DNA from: a virus | Lineage: Duplodnaviria; Caudoviricetes | IMG/VR virus record: IMGVR_UViG_3300032254_000001 | Span: 64,001 to 128,000 of that record | Length of the DNA stretch: 64,000 bases | Strand: one strand, 5' to 3' | In this document: in pieces, positions 1 through 10,635 of the stretch | Layout of the letters: each line of letters starts with the position of its first letter | Position numbering within the stretch: the first letter of the stretch is position 1 | The notes under the pieces: generated by a model | The model's database searches: none | What the model was told of the DNA's origin: nothing | What the model saw: only the letters and a program-made list of their open reading frames with translations | Position numbers and translations under genes: made by a program

Positions 1-162
1 AGCTAATGTTTTATCATCTGCTTGCCACTGTACATGCGGACTATAGCTATACGGATGTTCATGCTTAGATCGTTCAACCGCGTTACCGTAAGCGTCAGTA
101 TTAATCTGGACGCCTTCACTATAACGATATACTGCACCTGCTATATTGTACATTGTCTGCAT
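1..162 (-). CDS. Hypothetical protein, truncated by window edge
   Basis: ATG at 162 preceded by GGA; open frame to position 1 (MQTMYNIAGAVYRYSEG...). Confidence 0.6.
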   Translation of the reverse strand, partial: MQTMYNIAGAVYRYSEGVQINTDAYGNAVERSKHEHPYSYSPHVQWQADDKTLA

Positions 163-169
163 GATATTC

Positions 170-712
170 CTATTGTGCTAATCTAAATTTGCCCAAACGC
201 TGCATCAACTCAACTTCCCATTCATTGTATTGGACCTCTGCTGGAGAGCCCTCAAGAACAAGAATTCGTTCACGTTTAAACAGTTGAAATTCATCAGATC
301 GCTTGTCGCGTCCAACCTTTCTCATTGCATTGCAACCTTCGTAAATCTTAGGTGGAAGGATGATACCAAAACAAGTAGCAGCACCACAAAGTGCTTCGTC
401 ACTTTCATGGAAGATTCCAAATGGGTACGGTGAGTAACCATCATACACTTCGCTTAATCTTGTAACGCCTGGCGCGCCAAGTGTGCCTTCAAAGAAAGCT
501 TCAAGCTCATGGATGTTTTCACCGTAGCCTGCATTAAGCAGTATCATCGTCTTGTGGTTATCGGCCCAATCGTATAACATGTCATACTGACCGCTAGAGT
601 CATCGTTGAAACCTGGGCTGTACTTTACGAACATTTCAGATATAACGTGACCGGATTGTATGCCTTGCTGTATGCTTGACAGGTACATGTTACCGAAAAA
701 ATATGCTCTCAT
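170..712 (-). CDS. PTH2-like (peptidyl-tRNA hydrolase II fold) phage protein
   Basis: LSSIQQGIQSGH...W..NHKTMILLNAG resembles the PTH2 pattern (AQxxH ... W ... KIVL); family recalled, not searched. Confidence 0.5.
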   Translation of the reverse strand: MRAYFFGNMYLSSIQQGIQSGHVISEMFVKYSPGFNDDSSGQYDMLYDWADNHKTMILLNAGYGENIHELEAFFEGTLGAPGVTRLSEVYDGYSPYPFGIFHESDEALCGAATCFGIILPPKIYEGCNAMRKVGRDKRSDEFQLFKRERILVLEGSPAEVQYNEWEVELMQRLGKFRLAQ

Positions 713-829
713 TCTATACTCCGAAATATGCCATTAGGCCAAAACCTAATGCGCCGATTGCTATTACTATTGTAAACCAACCTATCCAGTCTACTAACGT
801 GTAGTTCTCAATGTCTGGTAGTAACTTCA

Positions 830-3537
830 TTACCATCTCATCTTAGCTTCGAATACTATACCACCGTCTTCTGTAGCACGTACATCGTATTCTATGTCGC
901 TTTTAAATTCATATTGTATTGCTTTATCGTAAAAGTGGAAACCACTGTCTTTGATAAGCAATACAGAATTCTCTAATTCAAATGTTTCGCCATCGTATAC
1001 TTTAGCAACTCCATAAGCTCCTGTGTATCCTATTAGGAGTATAATTGCAAGACCAACCATTACTTTAAATAATCCGTCTATAAATCTGATACCCATGTTA
1101 TTTTCCTTGTAGTTCGCTATTGGCCCATTCTTTGAATGTCCAGGAGTTAATAAATTCATCGCCTACATCGAGGCTAACAAAGTCTTTACCTTGCATACCT
1201 TGTTCACTGTAACCAACGTCAACATCGTTAAGCTCGAGTACCTCGAGACATCCACGTAAATCATCCATAAACTGATCGTCTGTGTAAATTAGTCCGTCCT
1301 CATTGACGTCCCAAGTTGCGGTATCAAAGTACACGCGCAATTCACCATACTGCTCGTCCATTGACGAGATATCAAGTTTAATTTTAGTTGCCTGCACTTC
1401 TTTGCAAACGTCCGACCAGTATCCAGTACCGTCTGTGTTAAGAATAAAATTAAACTTCATTTCTCGTACGTCGTGATGCATGTTATTCGCCTTTAAATTT
1501 TAATGCTTGTAACCTGTAAAATTCGTCTGTAAGCTCTGTTATGTTTTCGTCGCTTACGCCTTTGCTCCAAAAGAACTTTTCAACTTGATCACGTTCTTTG
1601 CAGTTTACGTGGTCCATTGCCATTAACTGGCAGAACGCTTCCCTGCGGCTAATTGATTGTGATGCTGATATCTGTGCAACTTCACGATCCAGTTCTACCA
1701 TTGCGAGCATTTCGCGTTGGTTAGCTACGGGAGAATACATATCCTGTATAATATCAGGTATGGCATCTTCTACAGCTTCGCATATGTCGCATACTGCCTC
1801 ATTGGCTGTTTCGTTCTCGCCAGTGAAGATCTGGCGTAGTGTGCTAAGTAACTTCATATTAGTTTCCTCGTGTTGCACTCTACTTATCTCCATAATCCTA
1901 CCATCCTAAAGATCAATACCAAGCAATGCGACATAAAGCTAATTGGGCCTAATGCTAATGCAAGTACTGAACCAACAACACTTGAAAAAGTGCTGCCTGT
2001 GCTGTACACAAGGTACAATGTACCAAAGCCAGCTACGTACCAACCAAGGATTAACTGCCATACACTTACAAGATCCCGGTTAAGAATAATGTTGTATTCC
2101 ATTGGGGTTATAGCTGTACCAACAACAAATGCAAATAATGAAAGTAAAAATGAAATAGCTGACAGACCTTGATTTTCATCTGCGTTTGGATTGTGATGTG
2201 TTTCAATCATTACGTGCTTCCTCTTCTAGTTGTTTAGCTCTTTCATTGAATGCTGCTACTGCTTCGTCAACTTCGTCGCCATTATAGCAAACTTTAGCAC
2301 CAGACAATACTCTAATATTACCAAAACCATTTGCTTCAATTGTAACATGTCTAATAGACATCTTGCCTTCTATCATTCTAAATGAAACAGAACGATATTT
2401 TGATTTTTCAAGCAACATGCTTGCTTTAAGTTCTTCAACGTTCATTCTGCATCTTTAAAATATGGTTGTTCTTTAATTGCTTCAATTGCAAGTCTGCGAG
2501 TACGCATCCAAACTTGAAGCTCTTTGCAATTCACCGGCCCAATCATTTCAGCTATTTCATTTACCTCAGCAAATATAGCATCGAGGTCATTTTGATCTAA
2601 TTCGTACTTGTCAACTATGTTAGCAAGTCTTGGATCAGTAATTTTAAATTCCATTAAATTACTGCCTCAACAGTTAGGTAACCATATGGAAGGTTAAACG
2701 TGTATTCAAAATAACCATCATCCATGTATTCGTTATCCTCTGCATCACGTAACCAACGTAGAGCAGTTTCACGATCACCTGCGCCTGCTGCCTGTAGCTC
2801 AACAAGCTTACTTTCAAATTGTTTAACGCAAAGCTCTTGAGCAGCTTTTGATTCTAAATACGCTTGTTCAGCAGCCTTACATAAATCATCATACGCAACT
2901 TCTAATTCATTGAATGTCATGTTACGTGTATCAGGACACATACTGCGAGTTCCGTATGCTTCCTTGGCCAGGTTGGACATTACAGCTTCCATCTCCCAAC
3001 GCTTGAAATCTTCGATAGTGTGGATGCCTTGCTCATTCCACCATTCGAATGATTCAGCTAACATACCGATAAAAGTACCGGGGTTAGCATCCATCTCAGC
3101 TTGTGATTTAGCGTTCTCTGCTTTAATGAAATCGATAAGTTCTATCATGGTAGTTCCTACTGGTACGTTGGTACGATAAAAATGTTTTGGTAGCCTGAGT
3201 CTAAATTTGCAGCTCTTGTATAAGCTGGAAACCACTCAGTACGCAAAGCAAGTCTAATAGACTTTTTGCCTGGTGCAACTAACACACCATCTTCTTCTAC
3301 CATTCCAATCTCTTTAAGGGCAGCAACCAATTCGTTCATTAGCGTATCGGTTTGTTCGTTATGTGCATTGGTAACAGTTAGAGGACCGTAACAGGCAGCG
3401 TATATACCTCTAACACGCTTACCAGCTCCATCTGTGTAGCACTTGCTAGTATTATGCATGTAACTACCTGAGCTTAGTTTAACAAAGCTTAAACCTTTGC
3501 CCTTTAAAACTACTGCTATGTCTGCCTTTGTAACCAT
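830..3537 (-). other. Run of ~8 small hypothetical early genes
   Basis: Tightly packed ORFs 830-1096, 1098-1460, 1483-1893, 1884-2210, 2203-2445, 2442-2654, 2654-3148, 3157-3537 with SD motifs, downstream of the promoter at ~3570-3600. Confidence 0.75.
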
Positions 3538-3559
3538 TGCATCTACCCTTTATCTAACT

Positions 3560-3697
3560 ATGTACTAATTATACGGGGTTCGAGCACAAAGGTCTACCTT
3601 TTTCTACTCTTTTTGCCCTTTATAAATCAACGACTTACAAATTAATTGCAACCTTTTAGAATCAATGACTTACGTTCGTAACAAAATCAATGACTTA
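3560..3697 (-). promoter_or_regulatory. Sigma70-type early promoter with three upstream IHF boxes
   Basis: Minus strand TAGACC-17nt-TATAAT; -35 inside palindrome AAAGGT-AG-ACCTTT; WATCAANNNNTTR matches at 3624-3637, 3659-3672, 3683-3697. Confidence 0.8.
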
Positions 3698-3781
3698 GCT
3701 CAGGGCTAGACGCAATTTAAGCGTCTCTAAGCGGTTTAGGTGGTTTCTGGGGTATTTGGTGCTGTTTGAGATGAATGCTGC

Positions 3782-4144
3782 TTATACTGGGGTTCTGTAC
3801 ATGGTATCGCCGTAGTACTGGAAGTCCTTATTGCGTCCTTTGTTCTCTACGAACCCAAAACGTTTGTAAAACTGCACCAATCTGCTGCGAGATGTTGTGC
3901 CGTGTTTATCGTCCCTTTGTCCCGGAGTTAGCACTATTACCTTATTGACCTTATCAGCGTACTGTATCAGCTCGTTCATTACAGCACTGCCTACACCTTG
4001 CTTGCGATTAGCCTTAGGCACTTCAATCATGCTTAATGTTATAGTGTCTGCATTCTCGTACGCCATAAATGAATTAAGTTCGTACTTCTTTTCAATTTGA
4101 GTTGCTAGTGCTGATACGTCTTCTGTAAGTTGATAGCCTCGCAC
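3782..4144 (-). CDS. GNAT-family acetyltransferase
   Basis: Acetyl-CoA motif VPKANRKQGVGSAVM and SRLVQFYKRFGF. Confidence 0.85.
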   Translation of the reverse strand: MRGYQLTEDVSALATQIEKKYELNSFMAYENADTITLSMIEVPKANRKQGVGSAVMNELIQYADKVNKVIVLTPGQRDDKHGTTSRSRLVQFYKRFGFVENKGRNKDFQYYGDTMYRTPV

Positions 4145-4146
4145 GA

Positions 4147-5178
4147 CTATTCTCCTGCGAATGCTTGCTTAACTATGCTCACACCTTTAGCGATCTTGTC
4201 ACGCAATTCCTGGACTTTAGCTAGCTCTGCGGGTGTAGTAGCTTTGTCTAATTTAGCTCCACGTCCTGCTTTGTCAGCTTTGTCTAAGTAGTGCTTCAGG
4301 TATGTATCAATCAGCTCTTGTGCGTTATTGTAATCTTTAAGAACATGCTTTCCATAAAGACCATTAAGTTCAAAGCTCTTAGCTAGTCCTTTAACTGTAT
4401 GCACAAGGTCTGTGATCTGTACGCTTGCTGTCTTTAGTCCTGGATACTGCTGAAGCTCGGGATCTACTTGCATGCCACTTGAGTCGCCATTGTTCACTGC
4501 TTCGTAAACAAACTTTAGAATGTCAAGTCCGAAGTTTTCGATGTCGCTTGTAACTTCAATGACTTGGTCTGGCTTACGACCTTTCTGGAAGTTAATAGGC
4601 TCACCGTTTTTAATTTTCATTAATACAGCTGATTGCAAACTCATGTTAATTACTTCACCTAGTGTAGAATATAAGTTGCCTGTAATCAAACCCTTTATAC
4701 CTTGCATAGGTGTCTTGCGCCATCTATCCCATTTAGCTAAACGCTGCACGGTCCACAACATATCAACCTGCACATATACATCATCACTTAGTTTAAAAAT
4801 TGGATGACCGTTAGTAGGCTTGCCTTTGTCGTAAATGTAGTCTGGTTTTGCTGTAGCGATAAATTGATCTATTAGCTCATTATAGTGTTTGGTAATTTGG
4901 AATGACGACTTACCTTCAATGTCAGGTGCAATCATCTGCATATCAATATCACCGTACTCTGTTTCCGGCTCGTCAACATTAACGTAAGCCGTACTACCTA
5001 GTGGATGACCCATCTTAACTGGATCAATTCCTTGTGAATACAGGTACTTGTTAAGACCGTTAACGAATACTTCAACAGTCCTAAGAGCTGCTTTCACAAT
5101 CTCTGGGTTAAGTTTTGTTTTTTGGGTAATCACGTCCTCCCAGCCGCCCTCGTTTAAAATAAATTCATTTGCCCTCAT
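4147..5178 (-). CDS. Pol-beta-superfamily nucleotidyltransferase-like protein with capsid-targeting-like N-terminus
   Basis: LGS...YGDIDM motif; likely start MRANEFILNE overlaps the HNH stop (ATGA). Confidence 0.55.
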   Translation of the reverse strand: MRANEFILNEGGWEDVITQKTKLNPEIVKAALRTVEVFVNGLNKYLYSQGIDPVKMGHPLGSTAYVNVDEPETEYGDIDMQMIAPDIEGKSSFQITKHYNELIDQFIATAKPDYIYDKGKPTNGHPIFKLSDDVYVQVDMLWTVQRLAKWDRWRKTPMQGIKGLITGNLYSTLGEVINMSLQSAVLMKIKNGEPINFQKGRKPDQVIEVTSDIENFGLDILKFVYEAVNNGDSSGMQVDPELQQYPGLKTASVQITDLVHTVKGLAKSFELNGLYGKHVLKDYNNAQELIDTYLKHYLDKADKAGRGAKLDKATTPAELAKVQELRDKIAKGVSIVKQAFAGE

Positions 5179-5855
5179 TTTTTCACCTTTCCTAATTTCC
5201 ATCCTGTAGGTTGTTCACCCTTAACAAAAAATTTTGTAATTATTCCGTTGTTATAGCCGCATTTACCTGTGTTGCCTGGCGTATGCCCTTTAAGACTTTT
5301 TGATATTTTCTGTCTTGTTTTGTCAGACACTGAGTGACCCAATGTAATAGTTCGCATTATTTCTTTCGTAGCATCTGACATTTTCGGACGATCGAAGTGT
5401 CGCTTGCCTCTGTTGGCTTTCCCTATTTTCTGTTTAGTTTCTTCAGTTTGTGGATGTGATATTCCTTTGCTTGAAATCGACATTTTTAATTTAGATTCGT
5501 CTGACCACTTGCACCCTTTATTCCAGCTTGGTTTGCCGTATGCAGGATTATTTTCTCCCATTTTAGCTTTGGATATTTTTTCTTTTGTTTCAGCTGATGC
5601 TTTGCGTCCGTTTATTGATAGGATTAACGATTCTTTGATGTATTTGTCGCCACGAAGTTTATGTATGGTCCAATGATCATCTGGATGCAATGCTATTAAA
5701 TTAGATGGGTGATGAATACGTGGATCGTTTTTATCATTGAATAAGCACTTTGGCTTTATGTGATGTACATGATAACCTTCCGGTATTGAATACTCAGGAT
5801 AGAACTGCTGCCAGTATAATTTTAAATTCTTTCTGTAATCTTTAGAATAGGTCAT
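5175..5855 (-). mobile_element. Free-standing HNH homing endonuclease with NUMOD3 repeats
   Basis: YHVHHIKPK...NLIALHPDDHWTIH; repeated SEETKxKISxA-type motifs (SAETKEKISKA, TEETKQKIGKA, SDKTRQKISKS). Confidence 0.9.
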
Positions 5856-6241
5856 TTCTCGTCCTTTAATTCTACAGCATCAAATGCTTTGGTATCTTTG
5901 CCCGGAAAATAGATATTATCCATTGAAACAATAATTCTATTTCCGTTGATTTTTATAATCGTGCCAGGACGAATCGGGGTTATAACTCTGTCCCCTACTT
6001 TAAAGTTATGATCTTTTCTTACATACCGTGGTGGATGTTTAAGTGCTGGATGGGTGTGTCCTACGTTATCGTCGACCCATTTACCACCTTCATTTAAGTT
6101 TTTTAATTGTGATTGGGCTTTACGTAATCGTTTGACTTCTGGACCGGACAACCCGTCTGATTTCTTTAAGGCTGTTAAGTAACCTATTAAATCTTTAAGC
6201 TTACTAGCTTCGTTCTCTACTATAAATTCTTGTGCTCGCAT
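5852..6241 (-). CDS. Putative virion internal protein with C-terminal KOW/SH3-like segment
   Basis: Starts MRAQEFIVE; TAAATA-N5-ATG promoter; FKVGDRVITPIRPGTIIKI. Confidence 0.5.
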   Translation of the reverse strand: MRAQEFIVENEASKLKDLIGYLTALKKSDGLSGPEVKRLRKAQSQLKNLNEGGKWVDDNVGHTHPALKHPPRYVRKDHNFKVGDRVITPIRPGTIIKINGNRIIVSMDNIYFPGKDTKAFDAVELKDEK

Positions 6242-6269
6242 AGATATATTTATCGGTTTACTTTAGGGT

Positions 6270-6587
6270 TTAAAATTTGAGGAATATCTCCTCTATGTGT
6301 CTGCTATCGTCACATGCATATATTTCAGCGTGTTCGCTTCCTAAAGGAACTCGTAGTACTAAATCCTTTTTGGTTGCCACAATACCGTATATACCCCTTG
6401 ACTTCTCGCCAGGTTCTAAACGCTTGCCTCGTATGAAATGTGCTTGTCTAAGCTCGTACCCAGTTGTAGAATCTACTATAAGGGTAGCTAGTGACTTTGA
6501 AAATGTGGCCCTGTGGATACGGTTGGTATCAGGGTCGATGATGCAGTAGACTATTGATGAGTCTTTACATGAACATAATTTAGCGTT
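6270..6587 (-). pseudogene. Start-less 105-codon ORF (amber read-through extension or frameshifted gene)
   Basis: In frame with TAG of 6588-6881; no ATG/TTG in frame and first GTG only near the end; reads NAKLCSCKDSSIVYCIIDPDTNRIHRATF...EEIFLKF*. Confidence 0.55.
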
Positions 6588-6881
6588 CTAAGTCATTGGT
6601 TTATCTCCTTTGTTAATCCAGTGTTTCAATTTTTGTGCGTCTAATTCGCTTTCGTCTTTAGCAACGATATAGCCGTGTTGTTCTAACATTGCTCTTGCTT
6701 CTTTGATCTTTTTCTGTATCATGTCGTCGCGTCGCATATCTTGTAATCGATCAGCCCAGTTTATAAACGTTGCAGGATCTAATTTAAAATTAGGATCAGT
6801 TCGTTCAAGGTATTCAATAAGATTTGCTACAAGCTTATCTTGTTCCTCTAAACGCTTTCTGATATCTTCTAATTCGTCCAT
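6588..6881 (-). CDS. Hypothetical helical protein ending in TAG
   Basis: 97-aa ORF from track. Confidence 0.7.
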   Translation of the reverse strand: MDELEDIRKRLEEQDKLVANLIEYLERTDPNFKLDPATFINWADRLQDMRRDDMIQKKIKEARAMLEQHGYIVAKDESELDAQKLKHWINKGDKPMT

Positions 6882-7259
6882 TTAAAATCCGAATATAATT
6901 TGGTACGAGATCAATAACGTTGTTATGTGTATAGCTTGATCAAAGCCAATGGTTACAAAGAACCAATGTACTTTCTTCTCAGCCCAAAGCTTTGAAGTGA
7001 TACGCGATGTACACCAATCAGTTATAAAGTGAGCAATACCGTTTATAAGTGCAAAGTACCATCCTAGCCATAGGAAGAATGGAAGACTGTATGCAGCAAT
7101 ATGAAGGCCAAGCCACTTATTGCTTGAGCTTTTCTTAGTAGCCATACTGTCGGACTGTAGTATAAAGTCAGCGAAGAAGTGCATCCAAACTAAAATGATT
7201 GCAGGATGCATCAAATATACAGTAATGAAATTCCAAATTGCATCAAACGTTTCTAACAT
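6882..7259 (-). CDS. DUF3307-like membrane protein
   Basis: HFFADFILQ...WLGLH...HFITD...DQAIH histidine pattern with hydrophobic helices. Confidence 0.8.
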   Translation of the reverse strand: MLETFDAIWNFITVYLMHPAIILVWMHFFADFILQSDSMATKKSSSNKWLGLHIAAYSLPFFLWLGWYFALINGIAHFITDWCTSRITSKLWAEKKVHWFFVTIGFDQAIHITTLLISYQIIFGF

Positions 7260-7289
7260 ATTATACCTTTAAATAATGACAGACTTTAA

Positions 7290-7761
7290 TCTATTGTTAT
7301 CACGCATACAACCCACACCACTCCGAAGAGAAGGACCTAATCCTACGGTAGGAGCTTCGCGATCTGTCGTGAGCTCGATTGCCAAGTACTGTACGGTCTG
7401 AGTCTAATGCTTTGTATGCTACGCTTGCAACGCCTGCACATTAGTCTCGGATAACCACCCTTCCTCGTTTGTCAAATACACCTTCAGCCTTTACGCTGTG
7501 GATGCCGAGTTTAACAGTACAAATTTATTTATGCAGGCATTCCACCTGCTTGCTGGTTTGAGCCACGGCGGTCCCGGCTTCGGACTTCCCCATTCCTTAC
7601 GGCGCACTTACAGTTTCATAGCTCAAGGGCCTTTGCTCCACTGCTTGCGTTCTTTGGTCCACAGACAATCATTTATGTGTCTTAACCGGGTTCTTAGCTA
7701 TGTTTTCAATTTAGCCGTTTCGTCTCCACTATATAGGCATTCGGGCACATAAACGTATTAC
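7290..7761 (-). ncRNA. Candidate large structured non-coding RNA
   Basis: No credible ORF, GC-richer than flanks, own promoter (TAGACA-17-TATTAT at 7768-7796), several hairpins with GNRA/UUCG loops. Confidence 0.6.
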
Positions 7762-7818
7762 AAGTACATAATAACACCAAAATTTTAGCGTGTCTAGAGC
7801 TTTTGGTTAAATACCATT

Positions 7819-8292
7819 ATGGGAATTAAAATTTATATTTACTTAATCATATTTGCATTGCTTGCATCAGCAGTCGGTGGAGCCGTTTGGTACTACAAAT
7901 GGTCACAAGCTGAAATCAAAGTGCTTACCGCAAACAATGTGAAGCTTAACTTAGCAGTGGATACTCAAAAAGAAACCATTGCTACTATGGAAAAGGATGC
8001 ACTTCTTCAAATTGATATTCTTGCAGAAGTTAATGTAGAGTTTGAAGTTGCTCGTAGCGAAAACAATGCATTACGAAAGAAGCTTGCAAAGCACAACATA
8101 TCTTACCTTGCTTCCAAGAAGCCTAAAACAGTGGGCAAGATACTTACCAAAGCTACAAACAATGCCGAACGTTGTTTTGAAATATTAAGTGGTTCACCGT
8201 TAACAGAAGCGGAGAAAGCTGCAACTAAAAAGAGTCAAGCTAACAACGAATGCCCATCTCTTGCTAATCCAAACTATGTGGTGAAACCATGA
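7819..8292 (+). CDS. i-spanin (Rz-like)
   Basis: Single N-terminal TM helix then coiled coil; overlaps downstream lipoprotein gene; late promoter TAAATA at 7808-7813. Confidence 0.8.
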   Translation: MGIKIYIYLIIFALLASAVGGAVWYYKWSQAEIKVLTANNVKLNLAVDTQKETIATMEKDALLQIDILAEVNVEFEVARSENNALRKKLAKHNISYLASKKPKTVGKILTKATNNAERCFEILSGSPLTEAEKAATKKSQANNECPSLANPNYVVKP

Positions 8293-8690
8293 AACTTATA
8301 TTAATTGCATTCCTAACAATTACCCTAACAGGCTGTTCTTGGTTTAATACAAAACCTATTGTAATACATTCCAAGCCAGTAGACCGAATCCCTTTGATAC
8401 TGCCAAATGTAGATCGTTTGTATAAGCGTGAAACAAAATGGATTGTAATTACACCTGACAATGCAGACGAAGTATTTGCATCGTTAAGAAAGTCAGGCTT
8501 ACCAATTGCAATCATTGGTGTAACTGGAGAAGGGTACAAAATCTTAGGCGCTAGCAATGGCGATAAGATGCAACTCATCAAACAGCTTCAATCACAAATC
8601 AACGCATACAAGAAGTACTACATTGCAGTTGAAGAGCGTGACGAAGCCCACAATATAAAAGCCGAAGAAGAAGCCAAGTCCGTTAAATAG
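8289..8690 (+). CDS. o-spanin (Rz1-like lipoprotein)
   Basis: Signal peptide with lipobox LTGC; Pro-rich region; paired with i-spanin. Confidence 0.8.
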   Translation: MKLILIAFLTITLTGCSWFNTKPIVIHSKPVDRIPLILPNVDRLYKRETKWIVITPDNADEVFASLRKSGLPIAIIGVTGEGYKILGASNGDKMQLIKQLQSQINAYKKYYIAVEERDEAHNIKAEEEAKSVK

Positions 8691-8734
8691 CCAAAATCCT
8701 ATAAATACTTGTAGATGTTTTATGGGAGTTTAAC

Positions 8735-9004
8735 ATGGAAAATAAAGAAAAGTGGCTTACCCTAGCCGAGGTTTCTGACTCACTCAGAATAGTTCCTCGC
8801 GCCGTTTTAATAGCAGTTCTGTGGTTTGCAGGAATGTACATTTATAATATTTCAACTTGGTACATGGCGCTACCAGCACTTGAGCGAACAGTAGAAGTAA
8901 GTGGATTTGCTGGCGTTACTATCCCAGCAGTATTTGGTCTTGCAGGCAAGATGATTGATTGGTATTTAAAGACTGGTCGTTCTTGGAAAGAAGATAGCGA
9001 ATAA
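8735..9004 (+). CDS. Holin-like small membrane protein
   Basis: 89 aa, two TM segments, charged C-terminus, follows spanins. Confidence 0.55.
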   Translation: MENKEKWLTLAEVSDSLRIVPRAVLIAVLWFAGMYIYNISTWYMALPALERTVEVSGFAGVTIPAVFGLAGKMIDWYLKTGRSWKEDSE

Positions 9005-9754
9005 TAACGCACTCAAAGAAAAAGGACCTAAGTCCTTTTTATAACTTTTGTCCTTTTTGTTGTACTTTGTCTTATCTTTGTGTGTTGCTGGCCTATTGTA
9101 TGTTTCCATAGTCCTTGCAACAGGATTCTTAATCCTACGCTTCTTAGCCATAATAGTCTCCTAATTGTGATTTATAATCTTCATACGCTTTGCGTTCTTG
9201 CATTGTTTTAGCGTCTTCTGTCCAACCATTTCTTCTTGGGTTTCCGCACATATAACAACTACATGGAGTAGGCGTATTAACTACTCCACCTGCTACCCTT
9301 GGTGGCATATAATTAATTTCTCCGGCCTCTGCAGGGGTTCTGCCTGCCCATGCACATATATGTCCGTAGCCCCAATGGAACTGACGTTTTACTTTTAGAC
9401 GTGCTCTGTCGTGACGACGCTGAGCTCTAGAGTGCTTTTCTATCATATTATAATCTCCTTTGTTGCGCCTACCTAGCTAATAGATAGGCTAGATAGGCTT
9501 GATTATAGTATTCACACTCTCTCCTTTTTGTTTGGGTCTAATTCTGTACATCTTTCTAAATTGTCTCTGTTCTTTCGTTTGTTGTAACTTATCGTTGCAC
9601 AATTAACACATAAGAATTTTTGTTTACCTTTCACAGTGTGACCAAAGCCACCCGATACAATTGTGTGGCAAGTGTTACACCACGGATAATGTCCTAATGC
9701 ATTCATCCACAACCTATAAGGAAGTGTTAACAAGTTGGATATTATTCGTCTCAT
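8966..9754 (-). other. Three small basic or Cys-rich hypothetical ORFs
   Basis: 8966-9151 (Lys/Arg rich), 9144-9446 (CSCYMC), 9512-9754 (CxxC...CxxC). Confidence 0.65.
9019..9040. terminator. Bidirectional intrinsic terminator
   Basis: AAAAAGGAC-CTAA-GTCCTTTTT between convergent genes. Confidence 0.75.
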
Positions 9755-10320
9755 TATGAACGTTGTTGACGTTCTAATTCTTTAATCTGAGCAGCAATTT
9801 TATCTGCTGCCGCGTAACTGCGTACTGCACTAGATCTGTTATTTTGTGCAACCATTTCTGCTCTGTACGCACTTTGCAATTCTGCAATTTTAACTTGTAT
9901 CATTGGGTCTGAGCCTTCCATTGTACGATCGTGATACGTCTGTACCTTATCGTCTTTATGTGGTAACGCAAAGCGCCACGTTTCAGTAATGTTGCCACGA
10001 CGTCCATCGTCAGATACATTCCATTCAACATCATTAAATGATCCTGATAAAACTTTACCTACCGAAGGGGAATTAATTACTTCGCTCTTCATTCCAGCGT
10101 CTTTGATATTTAATTTAGTATTCTCAAGTCCTGCAGATGGTTGTATTTTAACAACCACCATATGAGATCCTGCTGTGTTGTACGCTTCGACTTTGCCGTA
10201 GCGATCAAATGCCATCCAAGCACCGGTGGCTTTGAAGAACTCGTAAATTTCTGGATGATTTTTCTTAACATCATCTACAGTTTTATCGTCGCCTTCAAAT
10301 ATAAATTCTGTTGATTTCAT
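9754..10320 (-). CDS. Putative virion internal protein
   Basis: Starts MKSTEFIFE; upstream TAAATA at ~10347. Confidence 0.5.
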   Translation of the reverse strand: MKSTEFIFEGDDKTVDDVKKNHPEIYEFFKATGAWMAFDRYGKVEAYNTAGSHMVVVKIQPSAGLENTKLNIKDAGMKSEVINSPSVGKVLSGSFNDVEWNVSDDGRRGNITETWRFALPHKDDKVQTYHDRTMEGSDPMIQVKIAELQSAYRAEMVAQNNRSSAVRSYAAADKIAAQIKELERQQRS

Positions 10321-10635
10321 TCTACCTACCTACCTTTAATTAGTAGTATTTATGATTGATCGGGGTCTGTCTCGCCTTCGTATTCGTCGTACTGTTCGTA
10401 CTGTTCGTCAGCCCAATCAATTGGACTTGGTGTTGGATATACAAGCTGTGATGTTAAATGACCACGCTCTTCGGTTATTACTGCTTTTGGTTCTGGGACT
10501 TTCATTGACTCTGGGACAAAGCGCATTTCTCACCTTTAAGTGTTATGACTTATGATTAGGCTGTTGCCTAACAGGACCATCAATAATATATATCTAAGAA
10601 AACAATAATACAGCAAAAATGTACTCAAAGTCAAC

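Noticed and set aside
7498-7752. 84-aa plus-strand ORF from the track
   Set aside because: No SD, atypical composition, antisense to the structured RNA candidate.
7290-7761. Calling the ncRNA a canonical RNase P, tmRNA or group I/II intron
   Set aside because: The RNase P-like words are in the wrong order. There are no tmRNA tRNA-like termini, no group II domain V and no group I P/Q/R/S set that I could identify.
9467-9498. Hairpin GCCTACCTAGC...GCTAGATAGGC
   Set aside because: Probably an ordinary terminator or processing stem between genes; no further support for a distinct element.
10319-10410. Short tandem repeats (CTAC x3; GTACTGTTC x2)
   Set aside because: Explained by an extended SD (GGTAGGTAGG) and by repeated EQY codons in a small minus-strand ORF.
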